From: Escherichia coli
Lineage (GTDB): Bacteria; Pseudomonadota; Gammaproteobacteria; Enterobacterales; Enterobacteriaceae
Length of the DNA: 64,000 nucleotides
Direction: 5' to 3' (one strand)
NCBI RefSeq assembly: GCF_003334785.1
Contig: NZ_QOWV01000006.1
In this document: positions 1-20,211 of the stretch, piece after piece
Position numbering within the stretch: position 1 is the first letter of the stretch
Layout of the letters: every line of letters starts with the position of its first letter
The notes under the pieces: model-generated
Seen by the model: only the letters and a program-made list of their open reading frames with translations
Told to the model about the DNA's origin: nothing
Databases searched by the model: none
Program-made: the position numbers and the translations under genes

Positions 1-294
1 CAGCACAATAGCGCCGAGCATAATTACGCGTTTAGTACCCAGTACCTTGTCACCTAACCAGCCGCCGATAGCGACCAGACCATAAACCAGGGCACTAAAG
101 GAAGAGAAAAGGGTGATTGAATCCGCTTCAGACATACCCAGTTGTTTAACCAGGTAAACAGCCATAATTCCTTGTAGGCCGTAATAACCAAAACGTTCCC
201 ATAACTCAATCGAGAAGATGAGATAGAACGCCTTCGGTTGTTTGAAAGCGTTCAAACTGACGCTTTCAGTTGGTTTTTGGTTTGCAGTGGACAC
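1..294 (-). CDS. dtpA: Dipeptide/tripeptide:H+ permease DtpA (TppB), N-terminal 98 codons only; 3' end lies beyond window start
   Basis: Hand reverse-complement translation from GTG at 292-294 gives [39 protein letters not shown]..., a POT/PTR2 family N-terminus matching E. coli DtpA; runs off the window so not in the ORF track. Confidence 0.85.
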   Translation of the reverse strand, partial: MSTANQKPTESVSLNAFKQPKAFYLIFSIELWERFGYYGLQGIMAVYLVKQLGMSEADSITLFSSFSALVYGLVAIGGWLGDKVLGTKRVIMLGAIVL

Positions 295-904
295 TTTTAC
301 CTCTTTTTTTACATCCCATATTAACGGGGGTGCTTTCTCGCGTTATGTATAAAAAACATACGCGCAATTGTTATAGTGGGAGGGGAAACGGCAGGTAATG
401 TTCACTATCTTGCACTTTCAGACAAGTCCTTTGTAATAATCTGTTACATATAACTGAGGCGGGGAATTCAACCATTCCGGGAAATGTTATCCAGCGTTAA
501 ATTTTTCAAAAAACGTAACGGCAGATTTTTTCACTGCACTGAGAGGGGGGTGATGGCTTAACGGCGATATGTTCTGCTATTTAGCGTTTTTACTAGTGAG
601 ATAGTCCAGTTTCTGAAAAATAGCCAGTGTAATGTTTTGTAGGTCAATATTTGTTGCGTGTGTAAATTTAAATGATTTTAACCTGATTCTTGCAATGTTT
701 TTACATTGCGACAGCATCGTGATCTTGATCACGAATGAATAGAAAATTTCGCTATTAAAAAAACAATTAACCTGCATTTTTGGTTATCCGCAAACGGATT
801 ACCTGATGATAACGCTAAGCAATGGCATCATTGACGTTAAAAAGATGTTTTAAAAGAGGATAAAGAAAGGTTATCAATGGGGTAATCGGTGTTACCCCTT
901 TTCT

Positions 905-1540
905 TCAGATGTCAACTTTCTCTTTGTATTCACAAAGATCTTCAATAATACAAGAGCCACAGCGGGGCTTGCGGGCAATGCAGGTATAACGCCCGTGCAG
1001 GATCAACCAATGGTGGCAGTCGACTTTAAACTCTGCTGGAACCACTTTCAGTAGCTTTTCTTCTACCTGTTCGACGTTTTTCCCCGGCGCAAATTGAGTA
1101 CGATTACAAACGCGGAAAATGTGCGTGTCGACAGCAATAGTCGGCCAGCCGAATGCAGTGTTTAATACGACGTTGGCTGTTTTACGACCTACGCCGGGCA
1201 GGGCTTCAAGCGCAGCACGATCTTCCGGAACCTCGCCATTATGCTGCTCCAGCAAGATACGGCAGGTTTTGATGATATTTTCTGCTTTGCTGTTATAAAG
1301 CCCAATCGTTTTGATATAGGTTTTCACCCCTTCAACGCCCAGTTCAAGCATCGCTGCAGGCGTATTCGCCACCGGGTAGAGTTTCGCCGTCGCCTTATTA
1401 ACACTGACATCGGTCGCCTGAGCGGAAAGCAGTACGGCAATCAGCAATTCAAAAGGCGAACTGAAATTAAGCTCGGTGGTGGGATGAGGATTGTTCTCAC
1501 GCAGGCGAGTGAGGATCTCCAGGCGTTTTGCTTTATTCAT
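905..1540 (-). CDS. nth: Endonuclease III (DNA glycosylase/AP lyase, 4Fe-4S)
   Basis: 211-aa ORF; HhH-GPD motif (LPGVGRKTANVV) and C-terminal Cys cluster CIARKPRCGSCIIEDLC; last gene of the rsx-nth operon. Confidence 0.96.
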   Translation of the reverse strand: MNKAKRLEILTRLRENNPHPTTELNFSSPFELLIAVLLSAQATDVSVNKATAKLYPVANTPAAMLELGVEGVKTYIKTIGLYNSKAENIIKTCRILLEQHNGEVPEDRAALEALPGVGRKTANVVLNTAFGWPTIAVDTHIFRVCNRTQFAPGKNVEQVEEKLLKVVPAEFKVDCHHWLILHGRYTCIARKPRCGSCIIEDLCEYKEKVDI

Positions 1541-2235
1541 CAGACATTCCCTGTTTCACCGTTTGGCAATGCACGTTCTGCAGCTGCTTCAGCACGGCGC
1601 TTTTTCATTCTTTCATCAATCAGGTATTTTCCTGCCAGCATCAGTCCCAGGCCAATAAATGCACCTGGTGGCAGCATCGCCAGCAGGAAAGGGGAGTCGG
1701 TGTGGAAAATCTCCACGCGTAATACTTTTGCCCAGCTACCTAACAGCGCATCTGCACCGTCAAACAATGTGCCATTGCCGATAATTTCGCGTAGTGAACC
1801 CAGCACGAACATGGCGCAGGTTGCGCCCATACCAATTGAAAAGCCGTCCAGTGCCGAAAGCGCCGGACCTTTTTTGGCGGCGAAGGCTTCAGCGCGGCCC
1901 ACAACGATACAGTTAGTGACAATCAGCGGAATAAAAATCCCTAATGATTGATACAGGCCAAAGGCGTAGGCGTTGATCAGCATCTGTACAGCGCTGACCA
2001 CCGAGGCGATGATCATCACGTAAATGGGAATGCGGATCTCGGCTGGCGTCCAGTGACGCAGCGTCGAAATGGTCAGGTTGGTCAGCGTCAGTACCAGCGT
2101 AGTCGCAAGTCCTAAACCCAGAGCGTTAGTGGCAGTGGACGTGACCGCCAACAGAGGACAAAGGCCGAGCAACTGGACCAGCGCAGAGTTGTTTTTCCAC
2201 AACCCCTGAACAATAACGTCTTTAATTTCGCTCAC
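1540..2235 (-). CDS. rsxE: Ion-translocating oxidoreductase complex subunit E (Rnf/Rsx)
   Basis: 231-aa polytopic membrane ORF; stop overlaps nth start; position in rsxABCDGE cluster. Confidence 0.94.
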   Translation of the reverse strand: MSEIKDVIVQGLWKNNSALVQLLGLCPLLAVTSTATNALGLGLATTLVLTLTNLTISTLRHWTPAEIRIPIYVMIIASVVSAVQMLINAYAFGLYQSLGIFIPLIVTNCIVVGRAEAFAAKKGPALSALDGFSIGMGATCAMFVLGSLREIIGNGTLFDGADALLGSWAKVLRVEIFHTDSPFLLAMLPPGAFIGLGLMLAGKYLIDERMKKRRAEAAAERALPNGETGNV

Positions 2236-2238
2236 GCT

Positions 2239-2859
2239 TTATTCTCCACAGGCAGGAAGTTGAGAAAGTTGTGCCGGTAACGTCTGAGCGTACAATCCGG
2301 CGCGTTTTACCGCATTAACCACCGCGCGGGGAGTAATCGTCGCGCCGGTGAACTGGTCGAAATCACCACCATCTTTCTTCACCGCCCAGTGCGCATCATC
2401 TGCACCACTGATTTTTTTACCCGCAAAATGGGTGATCCAGTCAGAAAGGCGCAGTTCGATTTTATCGCCAAGCCCTGGCGTTTCGTGGTGCTCTGTCACG
2501 CGCGTGCCAAGTACCGTGCCGTTAAAATCGGCTCCCACCAGCAGCTGAATCGCACCGGAATAGCCATCTGGCGCGGTTGCTTCCAGAACGGCGGCTACCG
2601 GTTTGTCATCCTGTTTGGCGATGTAAACCCGATGCTCACCTTTACCTAACTCTGGCGCAGTTACCAGATAGCAACTCTGTGCCAGCGCATTGTTATAGCG
2701 TTCGGCTGGCAGCACCTGATCAAATAACGCCTTTTGTTGCAGACTGGCCTGTTCAGCAATCGTCGTTTTGGTCATCTGGTTGATGGCCGCAGTTAACCCT
2801 GTTGAACCCGCTGCAAATAGCGCCAACGTAATGCCGTGTTTTCGGATAGTTTTCAGCAT
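2239..2859 (-). CDS. rsxG: Rnf/Rsx complex subunit G (FMN-binding)
   Basis: 206-aa ORF with N-terminal signal/anchor; operon context. Confidence 0.93.
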   Translation of the reverse strand: MLKTIRKHGITLALFAAGSTGLTAAINQMTKTTIAEQASLQQKALFDQVLPAERYNNALAQSCYLVTAPELGKGEHRVYIAKQDDKPVAAVLEATAPDGYSGAIQLLVGADFNGTVLGTRVTEHHETPGLGDKIELRLSDWITHFAGKKISGADDAHWAVKKDGGDFDQFTGATITPRAVVNAVKRAGLYAQTLPAQLSQLPACGE

Positions 2860-2862
2860 GGT

Positions 2863-3921
2863 TTACCCTTTGCGATGGCCGTAGACGCGCGGACGCGTGT
2901 AGTAATCGATCAGAGGAACCGTGATGTTCGCCAGCAGGACGGCAAAAGCCACGCCGTCAGGATAGCCGCCGAAACTGCGGATCAACCAGACTAATAAGCC
3001 CGCAAGCGCGCCGAAAATAAGACGACCACGATTGGTCGTAGAAGCGGTAACCGGGTCAGTCAAAATAAAGAATGCGCCGAGCATGGTCGCTCCAGACAGC
3101 AGATGAATTTGCGGTGCTGCCAGTGTTTCTGGTGAGAACAACCAGCCCAACATTGCGCATAACGCCAGCGTTACTAAGAAGCTGAGGGGAATATGCCAGC
3201 GAATCGCTTTCTGCCATAGCAACCATACGCCGCCAGCCAGCCAGGCGAGATTTACCCATTGCCAACCAGCGCCCGCCAGAATACCGCTGTAGATCGGATA
3301 TTGCATAATCTGTTCAACCGAATGACCGGCACGGACAGAGGTTTTAAATGTATCCAGCGGTGTCGCCTGACTAATGCCATCAATACCTAAGCGTAGTGTG
3401 TTCATATCACCACCACTGGCGGTATGACCGCTAAAAATAACCTGGATGGCGTCGATAAAACCAGGGATGTTGACCGCAATTTCATGTGGCGGTAACCAGC
3501 TGGTCATCTGCACGGGGAAGGAGATCAGTAAGACCACATAACCAATCATTGCCGGATTAAACGGGTTTTGTCCCAGACCGCCATACAACTGTTTAGCGAT
3601 GATCACCGCAAACACCGTACCCAGCACGACCATCCACCATGGCGCGAGGGGGGGAATACTTACCGCCAGCAATAAGCCTGTCAGCAATGCTGAGTTATCT
3701 TTCAACGTTGCGGCTACCGACTGCTTGCGTAGTTTGAGTACGAGAGCTTCGGCTAACAGAGCACTAACCGATGCCAACAGGATCTGAACGAGAGTACCCC
3801 AACCAAAAAACCACAGTTGCGCTGCGATTCCTGGCACGGCTGCGAGCAACACCAACAGCATAATGCGCGATGTCTGGCGCTGGTTATGGGTATAAGGGGA
3901 GCTAGCTATTCTGAATACCAT
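2863..3921 (-). CDS. rsxD: Rnf/Rsx complex subunit D (membrane)
   Basis: 352-aa membrane ORF (NqrB/RnfD-like); operon context. Confidence 0.94.
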   Translation of the reverse strand: MVFRIASSPYTHNQRQTSRIMLLVLLAAVPGIAAQLWFFGWGTLVQILLASVSALLAEALVLKLRKQSVAATLKDNSALLTGLLLAVSIPPLAPWWMVVLGTVFAVIIAKQLYGGLGQNPFNPAMIGYVVLLISFPVQMTSWLPPHEIAVNIPGFIDAIQVIFSGHTASGGDMNTLRLGIDGISQATPLDTFKTSVRAGHSVEQIMQYPIYSGILAGAGWQWVNLAWLAGGVWLLWQKAIRWHIPLSFLVTLALCAMLGWLFSPETLAAPQIHLLSGATMLGAFFILTDPVTASTTNRGRLIFGALAGLLVWLIRSFGGYPDGVAFAVLLANITVPLIDYYTRPRVYGHRKG

Positions 3922-6714
<2,793 letters not shown>

Positions 6715-6715
<1 letters not shown>

Positions 6716-7296
6716 TACAACTTCACCAAACCACTAAAGCCCATAAAGGCCAGAGACATAAGACCTGCGGTAATTAACGCAATGGCATTACCGCGAAAAG
6801 GTGCCGGGACATCAGCCACAGCAAGGCGTTCGCGGATGGCGGCGAAGAGCACCATCACCAGCGAGAAACCGACAGCGGCGGAAAAACCGTACAGCGCCGA
6901 CTGCAAGAAATTGTGCCCGAGATTGATATTCAGCAACGCCACGCCGAGCACTGCACAGTTGGTGGTGATAAGCGGCAAAAAAATCCCCAGCAGACGGTAA
7001 AGCACCGGGCTGGTTTTGCGCACCACCATCTCGGTGAACTGCACGACCACAGCAATCACCAGAATAAATGCCAGGGTGCGCAGGTAAATCAGATTAAGTG
7101 GGATCAAAATCCACGTATCGATAAGCCAGGCGCAAATAGACGCCAGCGTCATCACAAACGTTGTTGCCAGCCCCATGCCCATCGCGGTTTCCAGTTTTTT
7201 GGAAACCCCCATAAACGGACAGAGACCGAGAAACTTGACCAGTACAAAGTTATTGACCAGTACAGTTCCGACAAACAGTAACAGGTAGTCAGTCAT
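6715..7296 (-). CDS. rsxA: Rnf/Rsx complex subunit A (membrane)
   Basis: 193-aa hydrophobic ORF; first gene of the cluster; overlaps rsxB start by 1 nt. Confidence 0.95.
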
Positions 7297-7372
7297 TTTT
7301 CGGCCTGAAATAAAAAAGCCGCCTATTATCCGTTAATCCAGAGCAGGCGACAACAGGTTAACTGTAAGGTTA

Positions 7373-7813
7373 TTACGGATTCACAAACGTCGCTTTTACC
7401 CGCGACGAGCGTTTGAAATAGGGGACGATCAATGCGGTTGCCAACAAAGTAAACAGCAACTGGCGAACGGCTATGCCATCTTCCACGGGTGAAAAAGCGA
7501 ATGCTTTTACTGCCAGCAATACGGAAATAAGCAGCCAGATAATATAGTGTTTAGGAACACAACGCCGACGTTTAAAGAAAGCGATGGTCAACCACAGTGT
7601 GTAATACCACAAGGCGATAGCGGTAATAAAAGAAACGCCCCATAAGATTTGTGTCGTCAGTGCTTGTCCGCCGAGCGTTTGAAATGTTTGCGGAGAAGAT
7701 AACGCAGCGGTATACAGCAACAACGCCAGCGTCGTACTCAACAGAGCGACTAAAAGCCAGGCCAACGGGCCAAGCAACCAGCCTCCAATACGTTGTGGCG
7801 TTGTGGTGGTCAT
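7373..7813 (-). CDS. ydgK: Inner membrane protein YdgK
   Basis: ORF 7373..7837; internal Met MTTTTPQRIGGWLLGPL... gives the expected 146-aa protein. Confidence 0.85.
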   Translation of the reverse strand: MTTTTPQRIGGWLLGPLAWLLVALLSTTLALLLYTAALSSPQTFQTLGGQALTTQILWGVSFITAIALWYYTLWLTIAFFKRRRCVPKHYIIWLLISVLLAVKAFAFSPVEDGIAVRQLLFTLLATALIVPYFKRSSRVKATFVNP

Positions 7814-7898
7814 AGGTTCTCCAGAATAGCGACGCAAACAGGCAAATCTAATTTTAGGGGCGTTATTATAAGGCTTTTATAACCGATCGCTACTTTCT

Positions 7899-8114
7899 TT
7901 ATTGGACATAGTGCCAGACGGACTTCGGTACCTGGCCGAGGTCAAACAAACGCCCGCCAGAAACCAGCTCTGCGCGACGGTGATCGGCAGCACGATACAT
8001 ATTGATCAGTTCCTGATCGTCCGTCAGGGTGTAATTAAGATGGTCGTAGAGTTTTTCCAGACTTTCGAGTGAACTGATTTTGCGAAATTTTAATAAGTAG
8101 TCCTGAACAGTCAT
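7899..8114 (-). CDS. cnu: OriC-binding nucleoid-associated protein Cnu (YdgT, Hha paralogue)
   Basis: 71-aa [53 protein letters not shown]..., Hha/YmoA family. Confidence 0.93.
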
Positions 8115-8386
8115 AAAAGGTCCATAAAATAATTAATACCAAAGGGGTAGGTATTATTAGTGATGATAAAATTTCACCAAAAGTGAACGCTTGTGTTATT
8201 ACAATAATAAGAATGCGCTGATGGCAAATATTCAGGGATGAAAAACTGCTCTGAAAAGAGTAACGCGCTTTACTATCCCTGACAATCACCAACAACATCG
8301 AACAAGATAATAAATTCCTGGTTTAATATCCGACAAGTGAAAACATGCACCCGGACGGGCAGCATGTCGCTCCACAAGTGCAGAGC

Positions 8387-8512
8387 TTACTTGTGTTGTA
8401 CCGAAGCACTCTGTTCAGGTGGCTGATAGTTGTCAATGTGACTCGCCACGCCAAGAAGAATGACTGAAACGACAAGAACGATCCAACCTGTTAATTCAAT
8501 AAGACGATTCAT
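8387..8512 (-). CDS. blr: Small membrane protein Blr (beta-lactam resistance / divisome associated), 41 aa
   Basis: Internal Met of the 66-aa ORF gives MNRLIELTGWIVLVVSVILLGVASHIDNYQPPEQSASVQHK, a single-TM small protein. Confidence 0.8.
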   Translation of the reverse strand: MNRLIELTGWIVLVVSVILLGVASHIDNYQPPEQSASVQHK

Positions 8513-8754
8513 TACAGCCCACATCTCTCTTGATTGATCCATTAACTTCAGGGGGTAAATGTTACTTAGCAATAATAGCTCCAGCAAGATTTTTACTGAG
8601 GTTTTTGCGATATTTAGCTTTTGTCGTTGGAAAATTCGCTATTTTTTTGACTTAAGTTAAACAACATCCCTTATTGCTGGCAGGTTATTAAACTGTTGAG
8701 CGTGGGTAAAGGATAGTGTCAAATAGCCATCATACTTCAATGAGAGGCAATGAC

Positions 8755-9795
8755 ATGAGCGACAACATCCGTGTTGGGTTGATTGGGTATGGTTATGCGA
8801 GCAAAACCTTCCATGCGCCCCTGATTGCGGGCACGCCCGGGCTGGAACTGGCGGTAATCTCCAGCAGTGATGAAACAAAAGTAAAAGCCGACTGGCCAAC
8901 GGTTACGGTTGTCTCTGAGCCGAAGCATCTGTTTAACGATCCCAACATAGACCTGATTGTCATTCCTACACCCAACGATACCCATTTACCGTTAGCCAAA
9001 GCGGCGCTTGAGGCGGGTAAACATGTGGTCGTTGATAAACCCTTTACCGTGACACTGTCACAAGCGCGAGAGCTGGATGCGCTGGCAAAAAGCCTGGGGC
9101 GTGTGCTGTCTGTATTCCATAACCGTCGCTGGGATAGCGATTTCTTGACGCTAAAAGGTTTACTCGCGGAAGGCGTGCTGGGTGAAGTTGCTTACTTTGA
9201 GTCTCATTTTGACCGCTTCCGTCCGCAGGTGCGCGATCGTTGGCGTGAACAGGGCGGCCCAGGCAGCGGTATCTGGTACGATTTAGCACCACATCTTCTT
9301 GATCAGGCCATTACGCTTTTTGGTTTACCGGTCAGCATGACGGTAGATTTGGCACAGTTACGGCCCGGAGCGCAGTCGACCGATTATTTCCACGCCATCT
9401 TGTCCTATCCACAGCGGCGAGTCATTTTACACGGTACCATGCTGGCAGCCGCTGAGTCAGCACGGTATATCGTGCATGGATCCCGAGGCAGTTATGTGAA
9501 ATATGGCCTCGATCCACAGGAAGAACGTCTGAAAAATGGCGAGCGTCTACCGCAGGAAGACTGGGGCTACGATATGCGTGATGGCGTACTTACCCGCGTG
9601 GAAGGTGAGGAACGTGTCGAAGAAACGCTGTTGACGGTGCCTGGGAATTATCCGGCTTACTATGCGGCTATTCGTGATGCGTTAAATGGCGATGGTGAAA
9701 ATCCGGTTCCGGCAAGCCAGGCAATCCAGGTAATGGAGTTGATTGAGCTGGGCATCGAATCCGCCAAACATCGCGCGACTTTGTGCCTTGCATGA
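8755..9795 (+). CDS. ydgJ: Gfo/Idh/MocA-family NAD(P)-dependent oxidoreductase YdgJ
   Basis: ORF 8716..9795; start placed at MSDNIRVGLIGYGYASKTFHAPLI (Rossmann GxGxxG). Confidence 0.9.
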   Translation: MSDNIRVGLIGYGYASKTFHAPLIAGTPGLELAVISSSDETKVKADWPTVTVVSEPKHLFNDPNIDLIVIPTPNDTHLPLAKAALEAGKHVVVDKPFTVTLSQARELDALAKSLGRVLSVFHNRRWDSDFLTLKGLLAEGVLGEVAYFESHFDRFRPQVRDRWREQGGPGSGIWYDLAPHLLDQAITLFGLPVSMTVDLAQLRPGAQSTDYFHAILSYPQRRVILHGTMLAAAESARYIVHGSRGSYVKYGLDPQEERLKNGERLPQEDWGYDMRDGVLTRVEGEERVEETLLTVPGNYPAYYAAIRDALNGDGENPVPASQAIQVMELIELGIESAKHRATLCLA

Positions 9796-9830
9796 AAAAT
9801 GGATGGTGCATTTGCACCATCCATTTTGTT
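9796..9830. terminator. Bidirectional intrinsic terminator between convergent ydgJ and add
   Basis: Near-perfect palindrome ATGGATGGTGCA-TT-TGCACCATCCAT flanked by A-run and T-run. Confidence 0.75.
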
Positions 9831-10830
9831 ACTTCGCGGCGACTTTTTCTCGCAGTGCGCGTTTTTCCTCAGCGCTGAGGAAAGCCATTTCCAGACCATT
9901 AATCTGTGCCTGGCGGATTTGCTCGCGGGATAACCCAGCAGCTGGCGCGGCAACGGTATATTCGTGAATGATATCCACTCCCTGTACGCCGGGATCGTCA
10001 GTGTTAATGCTGGCACGAATGCCATGCTCAAGGAACGTTTTCAGCGGATGTGCAGCCAGCTCTGCTACGGTGCTGGTCTGAATATTGGAGGTCAGACAGG
10101 ATTCAATACCAATTTGTTGCTCGGCGAGAAAATCCATCAGCGCCCGATCTTCAATGGCTTTTACGCCATGTCCAATACGCTCCGCACCCAGTTCACGAAT
10201 CGCCTGCCAGATGCTTTCCGGCCCGGCAGCTTCGCCTGCATGGACGGTAATATGCCAGCCCGCATCACGCGCGCGGTTGAAGTGAGAAAGGAACAGACTT
10301 CCCGGGAAACCAAGTTCATCACCGGCTAAATCAAGTGCGGTAATCTGGTCACGGTGGGCTAAAAAGGCCTCCAGCTCTTGCTGACAGGCGGCTTCGCCGA
10401 AGGTCCGGCTCATAATGCCGATAAGCTTCGCCTGCACACCAAAGGTGCGGCAACCTTCACGTACGCCATCGATCACCGCTTCGACAACACCCGCTACAGG
10501 CAGCTGATGTGCCATTGCCATGTAGCCTGGTGAAAAACGCAGCTCGACATAGTGCAGGCCGTGACGGGCTGCATCTTCAATGTTTTCAAATGCCACGCGG
10601 CGACAGGCATCAAGAGAGGCGAGAACTTTAACGCCCCAGTCAAGTTTGGTCAGAAAGCTCACCAGATCGGGTTCGTTGGCAATGACCTGAACGTGGGGAA
10701 TCAGTGTTTCCAGGGATTGTGCAGGAAGCGAGATATTATACTGGCGGCCAAGTTCAAGAATGGTCTGGGGACGAATGTTGCCATCAAGGTGGCGATGGAT
10801 ATCAGTTAATGGCAGGGTGGTATCAATCAT
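9829..10830 (-). CDS. add: Adenosine deaminase
   Basis: 333-aa ORF; N-terminal [14 protein letters not shown] (metal-binding HxH) and C-terminal SINTDDP motif. Confidence 0.96.
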
Positions 10831-10933
10831 GGTCGCACTCTTTTTCTGGATATAAAAGTGCGCACCATTATAAAAACAAAGCAGGGTAAAAATCCACGAT
10901 TGCGCAACGATTTTTTACGTTGCGCAATTGGGG

Positions 10934-12106
10934 TTAACGAACAGCGCGGATGGCGTTAATTAATCCAGCCACACCTTTTTCCAGTTTCGAACGTGGGCAG
11001 CCGGCATTGAGACGGACAAAACCACGACCTTCTTCACCGTAGGTATACCCCGGCATGATCGCGACTTTTTCTTGTTCGATAAGTGCTTTTTGCAACGCGT
11101 TGTCGTCAATATTCAACGGACGTAAATCAAGCCATGCCAGATAAGTGGATTGTGGGATCTGCCAGTTGAGTTCAGGAAACGCGGCGTTCATTTTATCTGC
11201 GATATACGTCAGGTTATCTTTCAGATAGATGCGTAAGGCATCCAGCCACGGCGCGCCTTGCTGATAGGCGGCGATATGGGCAGTTAACGCCAGTACCGAA
11301 GGGGAAGAAAGCCCATCACGGCCTTTCAGTGCCGATAAATAGGCATCGCGGCTACTGCTATTTTCTATAATCCCGTAAGCACCGGTCAGGGCGGGAATAT
11401 TGAAACTTTTCGAGCCCGACGTTAGCAACGCCCAGTCTCCGCGAGCCACATTACTCCAGGGAATATGCGGCTGCTCGCCCCAAACCATATCCATATGGAT
11501 TTCATCGGAAATAACCCGCACACCATGACGCTCGCACAGGTCAGCCATGATCTCCAGCTCATCGCACGTCCACACTTTCCCGGTAGGATTCTGTGGGCTA
11601 CACAGGAGCATAATTTTACATTCTGGTTTCGCCAACACGGCTTCCAACTTGCCCATATCGCAAAACCAACCATCAGCCTGCTTCTCTAAAGCAACGGGCA
11701 TTACTGTGCGCTGGTTACCTTCAATGGCCTTGTAAAATGCGTCATAGGCGGGTGTGTGGATCACCACGCCTTCACCTGTTTCAGACCACTGACGAATCAG
11801 TTCTGAAACCATATAGATGACAGAAGGGCCATACACCACCGTCTGAGAATCGATGGCGGTGTAATGCTGGGTGGAAAACCAGTGGGCAATAGCCGCGAGA
11901 AACTCATCGTTTTTCCAGCGGCTGTAGCCAAATACGCCGTGCATCAGGCGCTGATTCAGCGCCTCGATAATGCAGGGGGCAGTGGCAAAATCCATGTCTG
12001 AAATCGTGAACGGTAACAGGTCAGCAGTGCCGAAACGGTCAGCGACATAATCCCACTGTGTACACCATGTGCCATGACGATCCACGACCTTTGAAAAATC
12101 GAACAT
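10934..12106 (-). CDS. malY: PLP-dependent cystathionine beta-lyase / MalT-modulating protein MalY
   Basis: 390-aa aminotransferase class I/II fold; downstream of malX in the same operon. Confidence 0.95.
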   Translation of the reverse strand: MFDFSKVVDRHGTWCTQWDYVADRFGTADLLPFTISDMDFATAPCIIEALNQRLMHGVFGYSRWKNDEFLAAIAHWFSTQHYTAIDSQTVVYGPSVIYMVSELIRQWSETGEGVVIHTPAYDAFYKAIEGNQRTVMPVALEKQADGWFCDMGKLEAVLAKPECKIMLLCSPQNPTGKVWTCDELEIMADLCERHGVRVISDEIHMDMVWGEQPHIPWSNVARGDWALLTSGSKSFNIPALTGAYGIIENSSSRDAYLSALKGRDGLSSPSVLALTAHIAAYQQGAPWLDALRIYLKDNLTYIADKMNAAFPELNWQIPQSTYLAWLDLRPLNIDDNALQKALIEQEKVAIMPGYTYGEEGRGFVRLNAGCPRSKLEKGVAGLINAIRAVR

Positions 12107-12115
12107 ATCTTATCC

Positions 12116-14911
<2,796 letters not shown>

Positions 14912-15022
14912 TCCTCTCTTTATCTGCTATACCTGGTAGTGTCCTTTCCTCAAGGTTAATGATAAAAAATGTGGCACACAGGCGGTGCCTTTTATTTTTA
15001 CTGAAGTTCACAGGAGGTTTAT

Positions 15023-15790
15023 GTGTTTAATTCTGACAACCTGAGACTCGACGGAAAATGCGCCATCATCACAGGTGCGGGTGCAGGTATTGGTAAAGAA
15101 ATCGCCATTACATTCGCGACAGCTGGCGCATCTGTGGTGGTCAGTGATATTAACGCCGACGCAGCTAACCATGTTGTAGACGAAATTCAACAACTGGGTG
15201 GTCAGGCATTTGCCTGCCGTTGTGATATTACTTCCGAACAGGAACTCTCTGCACTGGCAGACTTTGCTATCAGTAAGCTGGGTAAAGTTGATATTCTGGT
15301 TAACAACGCCGGTGGCGGTGGACCTAAACCGTTTGATATGCCAATGGCGGATTTTCGCCGTGCTTATGAACTGAATGTGTTTTCTTTTTTCCATCTGTCA
15401 CAACTTGTTGCGCCAGAAATGGAAAAAAATGGCGGTGGCGTTATTCTGACCATCACTTCTATGGCGGCAGAAAATAAAAATATAAACATGACTTCCTATG
15501 CATCATCTAAAGCTGCGGCCAGTCATCTGGTCAGAAATATGGCGTTTGACCTGGGTGAAAAAAATATTCGGGTAAATGGCATTGCGCCGGGGGCAATATT
15601 AACCGATGCCCTGAAATCCGTTATTACACCAGAAATTGAACAAAAAATGTTACAGCACACGCCGATCAGACGTCTGGGCCAACCGCAAGATATTGCTAAC
15701 GCAGCGCTGTTCCTTTGCTCGCCTGCTGCGAGCTGGGTAAGCGGACAAATTCTCACCGTCTCCGGTGGTGGGGTACAGGAGCTCAATTAA
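15023..15790 (+). CDS. hdhA: 7-alpha-hydroxysteroid dehydrogenase (SDR family)
   Basis: 255-aa ORF starting at GTG; TGAGAGIG Rossmann motif and YxxxK catalytic motif (YASSKAA). Confidence 0.94.
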   Translation: MFNSDNLRLDGKCAIITGAGAGIGKEIAITFATAGASVVVSDINADAANHVVDEIQQLGGQAFACRCDITSEQELSALADFAISKLGKVDILVNNAGGGGPKPFDMPMADFRRAYELNVFSFFHLSQLVAPEMEKNGGGVILTITSMAAENKNINMTSYASSKAAASHLVRNMAFDLGEKNIRVNGIAPGAILTDALKSVITPEIEQKMLQHTPIRRLGQPQDIANAALFLCSPAASWVSGQILTVSGGGVQELN

Positions 15791-16010
15791 TACACTAACG
15801 GACCGGTAAACAACCGTGCGTGTTGTTTACCGGGATAAACTCATCAACGTCTCTGCTAAATAACTGGCAGCCAAATCACGGCTATTGGTTAACCAATTTC
15901 AGAGTGAAAAGTATACGAATAGAGTGTGCCTTCGCACTATTCAACAGCAATGATAGGCGCTCACCTGACAACGCGGTAAACTAGTTATTCACGCTAACTA
16001 TAATGGTTTA

Positions 16011-16601
16011 ATGATGGATAACATGCAGACTGAAGCACAACCGACACGGACCCGGATCCTCAATGCTGCCAGAGAGATTTTTTCAGAAAATGGATTTCAC
16101 AGTGCCTCGATGAAAGCCATCTGTAAATCTTGCGCCATTAGTCCCGGGACGCTCTATCACCATTTCATCTCCAAAGAAGCCTTGATTCAGGCGATTATCT
16201 TACAGGACCAGGAGAGGGCGCTGGCCCGTTTCCGGGAACCGATTGAAGGGATTCATTTCGTTGACTATATGGTCGAGTCCATTGTCTCTCTCACCCATGA
16301 AGCCTTTGGACAACGGGCGCTGGTGGTTGAAATTATGGCGGAAGGGATGCGTAACCCACAGGTCGCCGCCATGCTTAAAAATAAGCATATGACGATCACG
16401 GAATTTGTTGCCCAGCGGATGCGTGATGCCCAGCAAAAAGGCGAGATAAGCCCAGACATCAACACGGCAATGACTTCACGTTTACTGCTGGATCTGACCT
16501 ACGGTGTACTGGCCGATATCGAAGCGGAAGACCTGGCGCGTGAAGCGTCGTTTGCTCAGGGATTACGCGCGATGATTGGCGGTATCTTAACCGCATCCTG
16601 A
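16011..16601 (+). CDS. uidR: TetR-family repressor of the uid (gus) operon
   Basis: 196-aa ORF with N-terminal TetR HTH; immediately upstream of uidA. Confidence 0.94.
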   Translation: MMDNMQTEAQPTRTRILNAAREIFSENGFHSASMKAICKSCAISPGTLYHHFISKEALIQAIILQDQERALARFREPIEGIHFVDYMVESIVSLTHEAFGQRALVVEIMAEGMRNPQVAAMLKNKHMTITEFVAQRMRDAQQKGEISPDINTAMTSRLLLDLTYGVLADIEAEDLAREASFAQGLRAMIGGILTAS

Positions 16602-16940
16602 TTCTCTCTCTTTTTCGGCGGGCTGGTGATAACTGTGCCCGCGTTTCATATCGTAATTTCTCTGTGCAAAAATTATCCTTCCCGGCTTCGGAGAATTCCC
16701 CCCAAAATATTCACTGTAGCCATATGTCATGAGAGTTTATCGTTCCCAATACGCTCGAACGAACGTTCGGTTGCTTATTTTATGGCTTCTGTCAACGCTG
16801 TTTTAAAGATTAATGCGATCTATATCACGCTGTGGGTATTGCAGTTTTTGGTTTTTTGATCGCGGTGTCAGTTCTTTTTATTTCCATTTCTCTTCCATGG
16901 GTTTCTCACAGATAACTGTGTGCAACACAGAATTGGTTAA

Positions 16941-20173
<3,233 letters not shown>

Positions 20174-20211
20174 TATTCAATAAAAATAATCAGAACATCA
20201 AAGGTGCAACT

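Noticed and set aside
577-777. 66-aa minus-strand ORF in the dtpA-nth intergenic region
   Set aside because: AT-rich promoter-like sequence, no Shine-Dalgarno, no recognisable protein features; more likely part of the dtpA regulatory region.
1241-1951. 236-aa plus-strand ORF
   Set aside because: Lies entirely antisense to nth and rsxE, both strongly supported; composition typical of a shadow ORF.
16626-16859. 77-aa plus-strand ORF between uidR and uidA
   Set aside because: Falls in the uidA promoter/operator region; no ribosome-binding site or homology.
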